NCBI GenBank assembly: GCA_044866775.1
Contig: JBIOUG010000174.1
Span: forward strand, 951-64,950
DNA: 64,000 bases
Origin: Thermoanaerobaculia bacterium
GTDB taxonomy: Bacteria; Acidobacteriota; Thermoanaerobaculia; Multivoradales; UBA5704
Direction: 5' to 3'
Shown here: positions 25,001-33,284 of the stretch, piece after piece
How positions within the stretch are numbered: position 1 is the first letter of the stretch
How the letters are laid out: each line of letters begins with the position of its first letter
The notes under the pieces: generated by a model
Told to the model about the DNA's origin: nothing
The model's database searches: none
The model's input: the letters and a program-made list of their open reading frames with translations, nothing else
Translations under genes and position numbers: made by a program

Positions 25001-25935
25001 GAACGCCGGATCTGCGCCGTGCCGGCGCCGATCGGTGTCCGCTTCCCGGGGAGGTCGGTCGCGACGGGTCGAGCCCGAGCCTCGAGACGCTGGTGTTGAC
25101 GACCCAAGGTCGGGTGTTCGCTGGCATGGTGCAGAGCCGCTGGTGGCACCGCCTGCTCGGTCTCAAGACGACGCCCCACAGCAAGCCGCAGGATTGGGAG
25201 GCGTTCGTGACGCCGCGGCTCGAAGTCGGCACCGCCGGCCCCGGCGCCCTTAGAAGAACCCTTTGGGAGCTCTGCGAGGTCGGCATCGAGCAGCGAGGTC
25301 CGCGACCGCCCGAGCTGTCGCCGAAGGTTTTCGCCATCGCTCTACGCGCCCTCGCGCTCTATGTCGCGGGCCGCGAGACCGGGCCTGACCCGTTGCTCGC
25401 GGCGCGCCTCTGCCTGCGAGCGGCGAAAGAGAACGCGGGGAACGAGGACTGCCAAGCCCGCAACCTGATGGAGGCCGCTCTCTTCCTATCCGACGGAACC
25501 AAGCTCGCCGACGAATGGGACCTCGCCCCTGCAGGAACCAGCCTCACCAGAACGTACCTGGGCGACCGAGCGAAGGAGATCTTCGATCAGGAGCGTGATG
25601 TCCATCCCGGACTCGCCCCATATATCGACCTGCTCGATCTCATGGTCGAGTCAGGGTCCGCAGCGCAGCTCCTCGCCCATCGGAAAGAGCTCAAGCGTCT
25701 GGAGGCAGCGTTCGAGCGCACGGGTGATGGGTACTTCGGGCAGCTCGTTCATGACCTGAGAGCGGCGGCCAGCGGCTCGGCAAGACGATCCCGTCTTCCA
25801 GTCGGTTCTGGGATCACGGACCCGAAGCCAGAGGCGACCGCGAACGTCGTCAACCGTCCAGCGCCAGCCGCAGCACCTCGGCCACGTGCAGCGCGCGGCG
25901 ACCGGTCGCCTGGCGGATCTGCTCGCGGCAACTGA
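22012..25935 (+). CDS. 1307-aa multidomain protein: Gfo/Idh/MocA-like oxidoreductase-fold N-domain + STAND/NB-ARC-like NTPase with degenerate Walker A + long alpha-helical repeat C-terminal region
   Basis: The ATG at 22012 follows an AT-rich stretch. The EKP motif (RVLVEKPVSR, nt 22414-22422) sits in a Rossmann-like context. The P-loop-like VVTVLGPEGAGNSD (nt 23527-23550) has Asn where Lys is expected. The Walker-B-like DLLLFNGVD lies at nt 23794-23820. About 600 aa of helical sequence follow. Confidence 0.8.
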   Translation: MGTTTDQPSTHVVISAPSQWGQQACDHLLHRAVADGGRVTLIVPRRERKRFESWPPTIQEWEDQPSLKAVLEQRRASGRPIDYVYDDQCNHLAAELISQQTARTHLTVGYVTSNADEHFNHADYLLRFCERVLVEKPVSRLFDEIRPDGKFPRLAASLPPGRFLATAEHFLFRPGVTRAWRSGTLQGFFERHQECDLHYEFQFEEPEGRDDPAQRLGAYQDGSILDILATHGLGPVACLLLPFVAAARTDFYTGLVWRHVRSWQAKDPRGGMLKIPVLAETAAELHGRLSLSPTRTLHLHLRSAKGCRERLRFFRFYCPAGKCRSCLPGVREDRVRDLAARPSPQGTSDLFVAVSLGSAGYTVFDYSDATSLDRLFVEVAGGYLSDRRGSSVSEAANAQAAMLDALLQPDFGEEEKRRFVPVETACQIVRAGLRAQGVAFNRAREPYYAWGEGPKWPSEPASQTRKSKLVQLHSLTPGIDQLADVLRLRGDRRRQRPYHRVVTVLGPEGAGNSDIARALRDSELAAEKIDIPRDEDWEQGSSAAAESHPPSGFTLEMVLRKLASKLHLSLTTARRPAEELPAYLRKVRQTLTGTDLLLFNGVDRLSANDWHVLVRILNELPASYRMIFVTKTWERAGGFVVRTEELMNSLPGLLEGTRALPLGDYFPTPVPAGGRLRKQYERLFREEVLPFSRDNLTVRQQVASWVFYMALPAALRKAGLTLPASHWWDLRPYPAQPQWDLVREFIQDEIASLDLPSPLTANPEAFLDRVSRLCLAMVSDAQRQAVRSLATVSGEIPKRLVDEVSPGLFDELRALRPARALFEIVTEDRALLFPRVRKAVLESEPEDLDKLRTEIERRRLLLSLRRLRLAAPDRAVTRALGEQMIRLLYGASLETLNLDGTPFESLCMELVEELETSSDLHGDQAAGSLIELLTDEATLTRTNLGLLARARLTRLKGWLLRGAAGVDPAQLQNVAKVLDHAYALAQHCVERKDGLERTPDLRRAGADRCPLPGEVGRDGSSPSLETLVLTTQGRVFAGMVQSRWWHRLLGLKTTPHSKPQDWEAFVTPRLEVGTAGPGALRRTLWELCEVGIEQRGPRPPELSPKVFAIALRALALYVAGRETGPDPLLAARLCLRAAKENAGNEDCQARNLMEAALFLSDGTKLADEWDLAPAGTSLTRTYLGDRAKEIFDQERDVHPGLAPYIDLLDLMVESGSAAQLLAHRKELKRLEAAFERTGDGYFGQLVHDLRAAASGSARRSRLPVGSGITDPKPEATANVVNRPAPAAAPRPRAARGDRSPGGSARGN
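25850..25932. repeat. Right direct repeat of the island (functional 3' end of the YdiJ-like gene)
   Basis: Partner of 21509-21592, at an offset of 4338 nt. Confidence 0.8.
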
Positions 25936-28741
25936 AGCCGTCGGCGACGAGAAGGGTGTCCGCCGCGGCCGTCCGGACGGCCGGCAGGAGCACCCGCTCG
26001 CCGCAGCGCTGCGACACCTCGTAGCGCTCCCCCGCCTCGAAGCCGAAGGAGCCGGCCATGCCGCAGCAGCCGGCGTCGAGAACCTCGACGGCGAGGCCGA
26101 GGCGCGAGAGGACTTCCTCTTCGGTCTTCGTTCCCCCGAGGACCGCCTTCTGGTGGCAATGGCCGTGGACCACCGCCCGCCGCCGGTTGAGCGCGCCGCC
26201 GCCGCTTTCCCCGCCCTGATCGCGGGCGAGAAGATCAGGTAGGAGGAGGGTCTGCGCCGCCAGCCGCCGCGCGTCCTCGTCGCCGGCGAGGAGGTCGACC
26301 AGCTCGTCGCGGAAGACCGCGGCGCAGCTCGGCTCGAGGACGACGACTGGGGTGCCGGCGCGGACCTCGTCGCGTAGGGCTGCGACGACGCGCTCGAGCA
26401 GGCGCTTCGCCAGGCGGAGCATGCCGTAGTCGTAGAGCGGGCGGCCGCAGCAGAGGACCCGCGGCGGGACCGCGACCTCGTACCCGTGCGCCTCCAGCAC
26501 CTCCACCGCCGCCTGGCCGACCTCCGGGTGGAAGTGATTGGTGAACGTGTCCGGGAAGAGGAGCACGCGACGGCGGGCTGCCCTGCCTGTTCCTTTCTCC
26601 CCCCGCCCGGCCCACCACCCGCGGAACGTACGCCGCGCGAATTCCGGCGCCTCCCGCTCCGGCGCCACCCCCGCCGCCGCCTTCGCCACCGCCCGCAGCC
26701 CGCGCGCGTGGGTCAGGAAATTCGCCAGCCGCGGCGCCCGCGCCGCCGCCCTTGCCCACCAGTGGATCAGCCCGAAGGCGTACGCCGACCTGGGCCGCAG
26801 CCGCGGCCCCGCGTAGTAGTGGGCGAGAAACTCCGCCTTGTAGCTCGCCATGTCGACCCCGACCGGGCACTCGCTCTTGCACGCCTTGCAGGCCAGGCAG
26901 AGGTCCAGCGACTCCTTGACGTGACCGTCGCGCCAGCCGCCCGCCACCACCTCGCCCTGGAGCATCTCGAAGAGCATCCGCGCCCGCCCGCGCGTCGAGT
27001 GCAGCTCCTCGCCGGTCGCCATGTAGCTCGGGCACATGGTGCCGGCGTTGGTCTTGCGGCACTCCCCCACCCCGACGCAGCGCAGCGTGGTGCGGGCGAA
27101 GCTGCCGTCGTCGGCGGCGAAGGCGAAGTGGGTGGAGAGGCGCGGCGGCGCCCAGGAGGTGCCGAGGCGGAGGTTCTCGTCGAGGCGGTAGGGATCGACG
27201 AGCTTGCCCGGGTTCATCCGCCCCTCGGGGTCCCAGATCGCCTTGAACTCGCGGAACGCCCCGACCAGCTCGGGGCCGAACATCTTCCCCAGCAGCTCAC
27301 CGCGCGACTGGCCGTCGCCGTGCTCGCCCGACAGGGACCCGCCGTAGCGCAGCACCAGGTCGGCGGCTTCTTCGACGAAGGCGCGGAAGGTGCGGATGCC
27401 GCCGGCGGTCTCGAGGTCGAAGTCGATCCGGGTGTGGACGCACCCCTCGCCGAAGTGCCCGTAGAGCGTGCAGCCGTAGCCGAAGCGCTCGAGGAGCGCG
27501 CGCAGCTCGCGCAGGTAGCCGCCGAGGACGTTGGGATGGACGGCCGCGTCCTCCCACCCTTCCCAGGCGTCGGGAAAGCCGGGCACGCGCGCGGTGGCGC
27601 CGAGCGCCGCCTCGCGCACCTTCCAGACCGCCCGCGCCTCCTGCCGGTCGGTGAACAGCGTGCACGCCGGCCCGCCGCCCTCGCGGAGCGCCGCCGCCAG
27701 CCGCTCGGCGCGCTCCGCGGCCTCCTCGCGCGTCGCGCCGCCCATCTCGACCAGCAGCCACCCGCGGCCGTCGGGCAGGAGCTTGATGTTCTCCGGATGG
27801 AGCCGCTTCCGCTGCATCGCCTCGACCAGCACGTCGTCGATCCCCTCGAGCCCGATCGGACCGTGCTCGAGGACCGCCGGCACCGCGTCGGCGGCGGCGT
27901 AGACGTCCGGGTAGCCGAGGACCGCGAGGACGCGGTGCGGCGGGCTCGGCACCAGCCGCAGCAGCGCCTCGAGGACGGTGACGCAGGTCCCTTCGGAGCC
28001 CACCAGCGCCCGCGCCAGGTGGCAGCCGTTCTCGGGCAGCAGCGCCGGCAGGTTGTAGCCCGAGACGCAGCGCGGGATGTCGGGATAGCGGGTGCGGATC
28101 AGGTCGGCGTAGCGGTCGCGGAGCGCGCGCAGCGCGCCGTAGATCGCGCCGCGCCGCCCGCCGCCGGCGACGATCGCCGCCAGCTCCTCCTCGCTCGTCG
28201 CCCCGACCCGCAGCCGCGTGCCGTCGTAGGTCAGGACCTCCAGCTCCTCGACGTTGGCGTCGGTCTTCCCCGACATCAGCGAATGGACGCCGCACGAGTT
28301 GTTGCCGATCATGCCGCCGAGCGTGCAGTGGTTGTGGGTGGCCGGGTCGGGGCCGAAGGTGAGCTGGTGCCGCTCGGCGGCGTCGCGCAGGGTGTCGAGC
28401 ACCAGGCCGGGCTCGACGGCGGCGCGCCGCGCCTCCGGGTCGAGCGCCCGGATGGCGTGCAGGTGCTTGGTAAAGTCGAGGACGACCGCGACGTTGCAGC
28501 ACTGGCCGGCGAGGCTGGTGCCGCCGCCGCGCGACAAGACCGGTGCGCCGTGCTCGCGGCAGACGGCGACGGTCGCCTCGACGTCCGCGACGGTGCGCGG
28601 GACGACGACGCCGATCGGCACCTGACGGTAGTTGGAGGCGTCGGTCGCGTAGAGGGCGCGGCTGCCGGCGTCGAAGCGCACCTCGCCTTCGACGCGCCGC
28701 CGCAGCGCGGCGGCGAGCCCCGCCGCGAGCAGATCGGTCAA
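25850..28741 (-). CDS. FAD-binding oxidase fused to Fe-S/CCG-domain (YdiJ / GlcD-GlcF fusion-like, putative 2-hydroxyacid dehydrogenase)
   Basis: FAD-binding PCMH-type N-terminal half (SRGGGTSLAGQ). Ferredoxin-type CLACKACKSECP. CCG-type motifs CCGRPLY and CCGMAGSFG. The start is taken at TTG 28741, preceded by gaaggag; the ATG at 28819 is the alternative. Confidence 0.9.
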   Translation of the reverse strand: MTDLLAAGLAAALRRRVEGEVRFDAGSRALYATDASNYRQVPIGVVVPRTVADVEATVAVCREHGAPVLSRGGGTSLAGQCCNVAVVLDFTKHLHAIRALDPEARRAAVEPGLVLDTLRDAAERHQLTFGPDPATHNHCTLGGMIGNNSCGVHSLMSGKTDANVEELEVLTYDGTRLRVGATSEEELAAIVAGGGRRGAIYGALRALRDRYADLIRTRYPDIPRCVSGYNLPALLPENGCHLARALVGSEGTCVTVLEALLRLVPSPPHRVLAVLGYPDVYAAADAVPAVLEHGPIGLEGIDDVLVEAMQRKRLHPENIKLLPDGRGWLLVEMGGATREEAAERAERLAAALREGGGPACTLFTDRQEARAVWKVREAALGATARVPGFPDAWEGWEDAAVHPNVLGGYLRELRALLERFGYGCTLYGHFGEGCVHTRIDFDLETAGGIRTFRAFVEEAADLVLRYGGSLSGEHGDGQSRGELLGKMFGPELVGAFREFKAIWDPEGRMNPGKLVDPYRLDENLRLGTSWAPPRLSTHFAFAADDGSFARTTLRCVGVGECRKTNAGTMCPSYMATGEELHSTRGRARMLFEMLQGEVVAGGWRDGHVKESLDLCLACKACKSECPVGVDMASYKAEFLAHYYAGPRLRPRSAYAFGLIHWWARAAARAPRLANFLTHARGLRAVAKAAAGVAPEREAPEFARRTFRGWWAGRGEKGTGRAARRRVLLFPDTFTNHFHPEVGQAAVEVLEAHGYEVAVPPRVLCCGRPLYDYGMLRLAKRLLERVVAALRDEVRAGTPVVVLEPSCAAVFRDELVDLLAGDEDARRLAAQTLLLPDLLARDQGGESGGGALNRRRAVVHGHCHQKAVLGGTKTEEEVLSRLGLAVEVLDAGCCGMAGSFGFEAGERYEVSQRCGERVLLPAVRTAAADTLLVADGFSCREQIRQATGRRALHVAEVLRLALDG

Positions 28742-28800
28742 ACCAGCTCCTTCACCTCGTCGGCGAGCACGGTAGGCGCGATCTTGCCACGGTTCGGCTC
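28742..28800. repeat. Displaced copy of the last ~19 codons of the PoxB-like gene, abutting the YdiJ-like start codon
   Basis: By manual alignment, 55/59 nt are identical to 31433-31491. The minus-strand reading is ...EPNRGKIAPTVLADEVKELV*, with the stop TGA overlapping the TTG start of the oxidase gene (TTGA). Confidence 0.85.
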
Positions 28801-28900
28801 CGGCGCCCGCCACCCGCAAGTGGCACTCTACTTGCTGCTCTGTTCGAGCTGAAAGTTCGGCTCCTCGCGGCCGATCTCACCACACAAAGGAGGGAACACG

Positions 28901-30250
28901 ATGCGACCGCAGTTGAAGGCGTGGCCCTTCACACTCTTGGTCCTCGCGCTGCTCGGCGCTTGTCTGCCAGGGCCGAAGACGGTCAAGACGAACCCTGCCG
29001 TCGACGCCGAGCAGACGCGGATCGCCTACGACGCCCGCACCGAACACTACGCCCAGGAGCTGTTCGAGGAAGGCCGCGAGGTGTTTCGCTACGACAGCTT
29101 CGGCAGCGAGGACTTCTGGGGCGGGCAGCTCCGCCTGCACGAGGCGATCCTCGGTGAGAAGCAAGGCGGCGTCGGGCCCGGCCTGACGCCGAAGCAGGCG
29201 CTCGAGGCCGGGCTCAAGGTCGACGTCGGCAAGCTCCCCAAAATCCTGTCCGAGGCGATCCAGCAGACGGCCGTGAGCCTGGAGAACCCGGAGACCACCG
29301 TGGCGCTGCTGCGCGCCCACTCGGTCGTGGGGGTCAAGGGAGTCTTCGAAGGCGAGAAGATGGTGAGCATCGGGCTCACCTGCGCCTTCTGCCATTCGAC
29401 AGTCGACGACTCCTTCGCCAAGGGGATCGGCGCCCGACTGGACGGCTGGCCCAACCGCGACTTGAACGTCGGCGCGGTCGTCGCGCTCTCCCCGACCGTG
29501 AAGCCGTTCGCCGACCTGCTCGGCGTCAGCGAGGCCGACGTCCGGAAGGTGCTCCTGAGCTGGGGGCCCGGAAAGTACGACGCCGAGCTCAACCAAGACG
29601 GCAAGGCGTTCCGGCCGGACGGCAAGTCGGCGGCCACGGTCCTGCCCGCGGCCTTCGGGCTGGCCGGGGTCAACCTCCATACCTACACCGGATGGGGCTC
29701 GGTCACCCACTGGAACGCCTACGTCGCCAACACGCAGATGCACGGCAAGGGGACCTTCTTCGACCCGCGGCTCGACGACCGCAAGCAGTTCCCGGTCGCC
29801 GCCAAGGCGGGGCACGGCAACATCCGCAACACTCCCGACCTGGTGACGCCGAAGCTGGCGGCGCTGCACTACTACCAGCTCTCGCTCCCCGCCCCCGAGC
29901 CGCCGGCGGGCTCCTTCGACAAGGAGGCGGCAGGCCGGGGCAAACTCCTCTTCGAGGGCAAGGCGCAGTGCGCCACCTGCCACGTGCCGCCGCTCTTCGT
30001 CGAGCCCGGCTGGCCGATGCACACCGCCCAGGAGCTGGGGATCGACGACTTCCAGGCCAGTCGCTCGCCCGACAAGCGCTACCGCACGACACCGCTCCGC
30101 GGCCTCTTCGTGCGGGCGAAGGGAGGCTTCTACCACGACGGGCGCTTCGCGGACTACGCCGCGGTCGTGGACCATTACGACCGGCACCGCCGGCTGCGGC
30201 TCACCGCCGAGGAGAAGCGGGATCTCGTCGAGTTCCTGAAGTCGCTCTAG
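28901..30250 (+). CDS. Putative di-haem c-type cytochrome lipoprotein
   Basis: Lipoprotein-type signal peptide (LLGAC) and two CxxCH motifs (CAFCH, CATCH). The family was not resolved further. Confidence 0.7.
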   Translation: MRPQLKAWPFTLLVLALLGACLPGPKTVKTNPAVDAEQTRIAYDARTEHYAQELFEEGREVFRYDSFGSEDFWGGQLRLHEAILGEKQGGVGPGLTPKQALEAGLKVDVGKLPKILSEAIQQTAVSLENPETTVALLRAHSVVGVKGVFEGEKMVSIGLTCAFCHSTVDDSFAKGIGARLDGWPNRDLNVGAVVALSPTVKPFADLLGVSEADVRKVLLSWGPGKYDAELNQDGKAFRPDGKSAATVLPAAFGLAGVNLHTYTGWGSVTHWNAYVANTQMHGKGTFFDPRLDDRKQFPVAAKAGHGNIRNTPDLVTPKLAALHYYQLSLPAPEPPAGSFDKEAAGRGKLLFEGKAQCATCHVPPLFVEPGWPMHTAQELGIDDFQASRSPDKRYRTTPLRGLFVRAKGGFYHDGRFADYAAVVDHYDRHRRLRLTAEEKRDLVEFLKSL

Positions 30251-31407
30251 AAGACGACCGCGAACCGCTCCGCGTCCTGGCGCTTGAAGTCAATGCCCAG
30301 GCCGGGGCGGGAGAGGTCCGGCCGGAGCGCTCCGCTGCGCGGCGCGAGGGCGCCGTCGAAGAGCAGCCGCTCGATGCGCACATGGTCGTGGAACCACTCG
30401 ACGTGGACGGCCGGCGTCATCGCGCAGCAGGGGTGGGCGTGGATCGACGGCGCGGTGTGCGCCGAGAGCGGCAACGGCGCCGCGGCGCAGAGCGCGCCGA
30501 CGCGCAGGAACTCGGTGATGCCGGCGCAGCGCGTGGCGTCGGCTTGCAGCACGTCGACTGCGCCGGCGTCCAGCATGCGGCGGAAGTAGACGAGGTCGTA
30601 GCCGTACTCGCCGGCGGCGATCGCCATCCCGGCCGGCGCGCGGTCGCGGAGGTGGCGCAGCCCTTCGAGGTCGTCCGAGGAGACCGGCTCCTCGAACCAG
30701 GTGACGCCGCAGTCGGCGACGGTCTCGGCGAAGGCGAGCGCCTGCTTGCGGGTGTAGGCGCCGTTGGCGTCGACGAACAGCTCGGCGCCGGGCCCGATCG
30801 CCCGCCGTGCCGCGCGCACCCGCTCGGGGTCCGCCGCCGAATCGCGCCCGACCTTCATCTTGAGGCGAGAGATCCCGTCGGCTACCCAGGCGCCGAGCTG
30901 CTCCTGGAGCTGCGCGAGCGAGTACGAGGTGAAGCCGCCGCTGCCGTAGACCGGAATTTCGTCGCGCACCGCACCGAGGAGAGTGACGAGCGGCAGCCCG
31001 AGGAGCTTGGCCTTGAGGTCCCAGAGCGCGACGTCGACGGCGGCGATGGCGGTCGAGGCGATCCCCGGCCGCCCGAGGTTGCGCACCGCCGCCACCATCG
31101 CCTCCCAGGCCGCCGGCACCGCCATCGCGTCCACTCCCGCGACCACCGCCGCCAGCCGGTCGCGGACGAGCCGCGCGGTCGCCGTGGCGGCGTAGGTGAA
31201 GCCGAGGCCGCGCTCCCCCGCCGCCCGCACCTCGACCAGCACCAGGGTGGTCGAGTCCCACGCGAGAGTGCCGTCGGACTCGGGGAAGTCGGTCGGGACG
31301 GTGTAGGCGGCGACGTCGACCCGCTCGATCGGCGCCGCGGCACCTCGCCGCAGCGCCGCCGGTGAGAGCGGCTCCACGGCCGCCGCCGGCGGCGCGACCT
31401 CGCTCAT
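30247..31407 (-). CDS. Enolase-superfamily enzyme (mandelate racemase/muconate lactonizing enzyme-like)
   Basis: The N-terminal capping domain plus barrel motifs FVDANGAY, VTWFEEPV and AAGEYGY are typical of the MR/MLE family. Confidence 0.85.
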   Translation of the reverse strand: MSEVAPPAAAVEPLSPAALRRGAAAPIERVDVAAYTVPTDFPESDGTLAWDSTTLVLVEVRAAGERGLGFTYAATATARLVRDRLAAVVAGVDAMAVPAAWEAMVAAVRNLGRPGIASTAIAAVDVALWDLKAKLLGLPLVTLLGAVRDEIPVYGSGGFTSYSLAQLQEQLGAWVADGISRLKMKVGRDSAADPERVRAARRAIGPGAELFVDANGAYTRKQALAFAETVADCGVTWFEEPVSSDDLEGLRHLRDRAPAGMAIAAGEYGYDLVYFRRMLDAGAVDVLQADATRCAGITEFLRVGALCAAAPLPLSAHTAPSIHAHPCCAMTPAVHVEWFHDHVRIERLLFDGALAPRSGALRPDLSRPGLGIDFKRQDAERFAVVF

Positions 31408-31428
31408 CGGCGAGACTCCCAGCTCAAT

Positions 31429-33177
31429 CTACACCAGCTCCTTGACCTTGTCGGCGAGCACGGTGAGCGCGATCTTGCCACGGTTCGGCTCGCCCTTCGC
31501 CAGCGCCTCGGCGAGCTTCGCCGCCTGCTTGGCGGAGACCTTCGGCGGCTCGGGCGGCTCGAAGGGATCGACCACCGCCTCGACCAGCACCGGGCCCGGG
31601 GTCGCCAGGGCCTCGGCGAGGACGTCGCCGCAGGCCTGCGGGTCGTCGACCGAGAAGCCGCTGCCGCCGCAGGCGCGGGCGACGCCGGCGAAGTCGATCG
31701 GCTGCAGCTCGCAGCCGTACTCGGGATTGCCGAGGAAGACCATCTGCTCCCACTTGATCATGCCGAGCGTGTTGTTCTTGATCACCACCACCTTGATCGG
31801 CAGCTCGTACTTGACGGCGGTCGCGAACTCCGCCATCAGCATCGAGAAGGCGCCGTCGCCGACGAAGGCGACGCACTGCCGGCCGGGGTGCGCGATCTGG
31901 GCGGCGATCGTGTAGGGGACGCCGTTGCCCATCGAGGCGAGGGTGCCCGAGAGCGAGAACATCTGTCCGCGCCGGGCGCGGATCTGCCGCGCGAACCAGG
32001 TGGCGACGGTGCCCGAGTCGCAGGAGACGATGGCGTCGTCGGCCAGGAGCTTGCCGAGCTCCCAGGCCACGACCTGCGGCTTCATCGGCTTGCCCGGCCG
32101 CGTGCCGCGCTCCTCCATCAGCTTCCACCAGTCGGCCATCCGCTCCTGCGCCCTGGCGATGAAGCTGCGGTCCTCGTTGCGCACCAGGAGCGGCAGCAGC
32201 CGCTGCAGCGTCGCCTTGGCGTCGCCCACCAGCCCCACCTCGACCGGGTAGCGCAGGCCGATGCGCAGCGGGTCGACGTCGATCTGCGCTCCCCGCGCCT
32301 GCCCCGGCGCGGGCAGGAACTCCAGGTACGGGAAGGAGGAGCCGGCGATGAGCAGCGTGTCGCACTCCTCCATCGCCTCCTGCGACGGCCGGGTGCCGAG
32401 GAGGCCGATGCCGCCCGTCGTGTACGGGCTGTCATCCGGCACCGCCGCCTTGCCGAGGAGCGCCTTGACGATCGGCGCCCCGAGCCGCTCGGCGAGCTGC
32501 TCGAGCTCCTCGCCGGCGCCGAGCGCGCCGCGCCCGGCCAGGATGACGATCTTCCGGCCGCCGTTGAGCAGCTCGGCGGCGCGGTAGAGGTCCTCCTCGG
32601 GCGGCAGCGTCACGCGGCGGGCGAAGACGCCGGACTCTTTGCCGGCGGCGGCGCGCGGGGACGGCTCGCCGTCCTCCTGCTCCTGCAGGTCGACCGGGAA
32701 GTTGATGTGCGCGACGCCGCGGTAGGCGAGCGCCGCGCGGCAGGCCAGGTGCGCCACCTTCTCGACGTGCGAGACGCCCATGACGCGGGTGTTGTAGACC
32801 GCCACGTCCGCGAACACCCGGTCGAGGTCGACGTCCTGCTGCGCGAAGGTGTCGATGAGGTCGTGGTAGTGGTGGCCGGTGATGGCGAGCACCGGCTGGC
32901 CGTCGAGCTTGGCGTCGTAGAGGCCGTTGAGCAGATGGATGCCGCCCGGCCCCGAGGTGGCGAGACAGACGCCGAGCCTGCCCGTGTACTTGGCGTAGCC
33001 GCAGGCCATGAAGGCCGCCGCCTCCTCGTGCCGCACCTGCACGAAGCGGATCTCCTCCCGCCGCCGCCGCAGCGCCTCCATGATGCCGTTGATGCCGTCC
33101 CCGGGCAGCCCGAAGACGACCTCCACGCCCCAGCCGTGGATGGTGTCGATCAGGATGTCGGCCGCGGTCCGTCCCAT
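31429..33177 (-). CDS. Thiamine-diphosphate enzyme, pyruvate oxidase/pyruvate dehydrogenase (quinone)-like
   Basis: GLPGDGINGI and GPGGIHLLNGLYDA, plus the TPP-binding motif GDGAFSMLM...NN. The ATG at 33177 is preceded by aaaggaggcg. Confidence 0.9.
   Translation of the reverse strand: MGRTAADILIDTIHGWGVEVVFGLPGDGINGIMEALRRRREEIRFVQVRHEEAAAFMACGYAKYTGRLGVCLATSGPGGIHLLNGLYDAKLDGQPVLAITGHHYHDLIDTFAQQDVDLDRVFADVAVYNTRVMGVSHVEKVAHLACRAALAYRGVAHINFPVDLQEQEDGEPSPRAAAGKESGVFARRVTLPPEEDLYRAAELLNGGRKIVILAGRGALGAGEELEQLAERLGAPIVKALLGKAAVPDDSPYTTGGIGLLGTRPSQEAMEECDTLLIAGSSFPYLEFLPAPGQARGAQIDVDPLRIGLRYPVEVGLVGDAKATLQRLLPLLVRNEDRSFIARAQERMADWWKLMEERGTRPGKPMKPQVVAWELGKLLADDAIVSCDSGTVATWFARQIRARRGQMFSLSGTLASMGNGVPYTIAAQIAHPGRQCVAFVGDGAFSMLMAEFATAVKYELPIKVVVIKNNTLGMIKWEQMVFLGNPEYGCELQPIDFAGVARACGGSGFSVDDPQACGDVLAEALATPGPVLVEAVVDPFEPPEPPKVSAKQAAKLAEALAKGEPNRGKIALTVLADKVKELV
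31433..31491. repeat. Functional 3' end of the PoxB-like gene; partner of the repeat 28742-28800
   Basis: See 28742-28800. The offset is 2691 nt. Confidence 0.85.
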
Positions 33178-33284
33178 GCGCGCCTCCTTTCCACGCTCAG
33201 GGACGGGAACGGCTGCAAGGCGGGTGCCGCGAAATCTCCACGTCCGTCCGTCCATGCCCTCGGACAACGGGAAAGGAGGCAGTC

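Noticed and set aside
21100-31500. Search for an integrase, transposase or other recombinase that could explain the repeat-bracketed insertions.
   Set aside because: No translation in any frame shows tyrosine-recombinase (R..H.R.Y), serine-recombinase or DDE-transposase hallmarks. The absence is noted in the findings rather than any gene being called.
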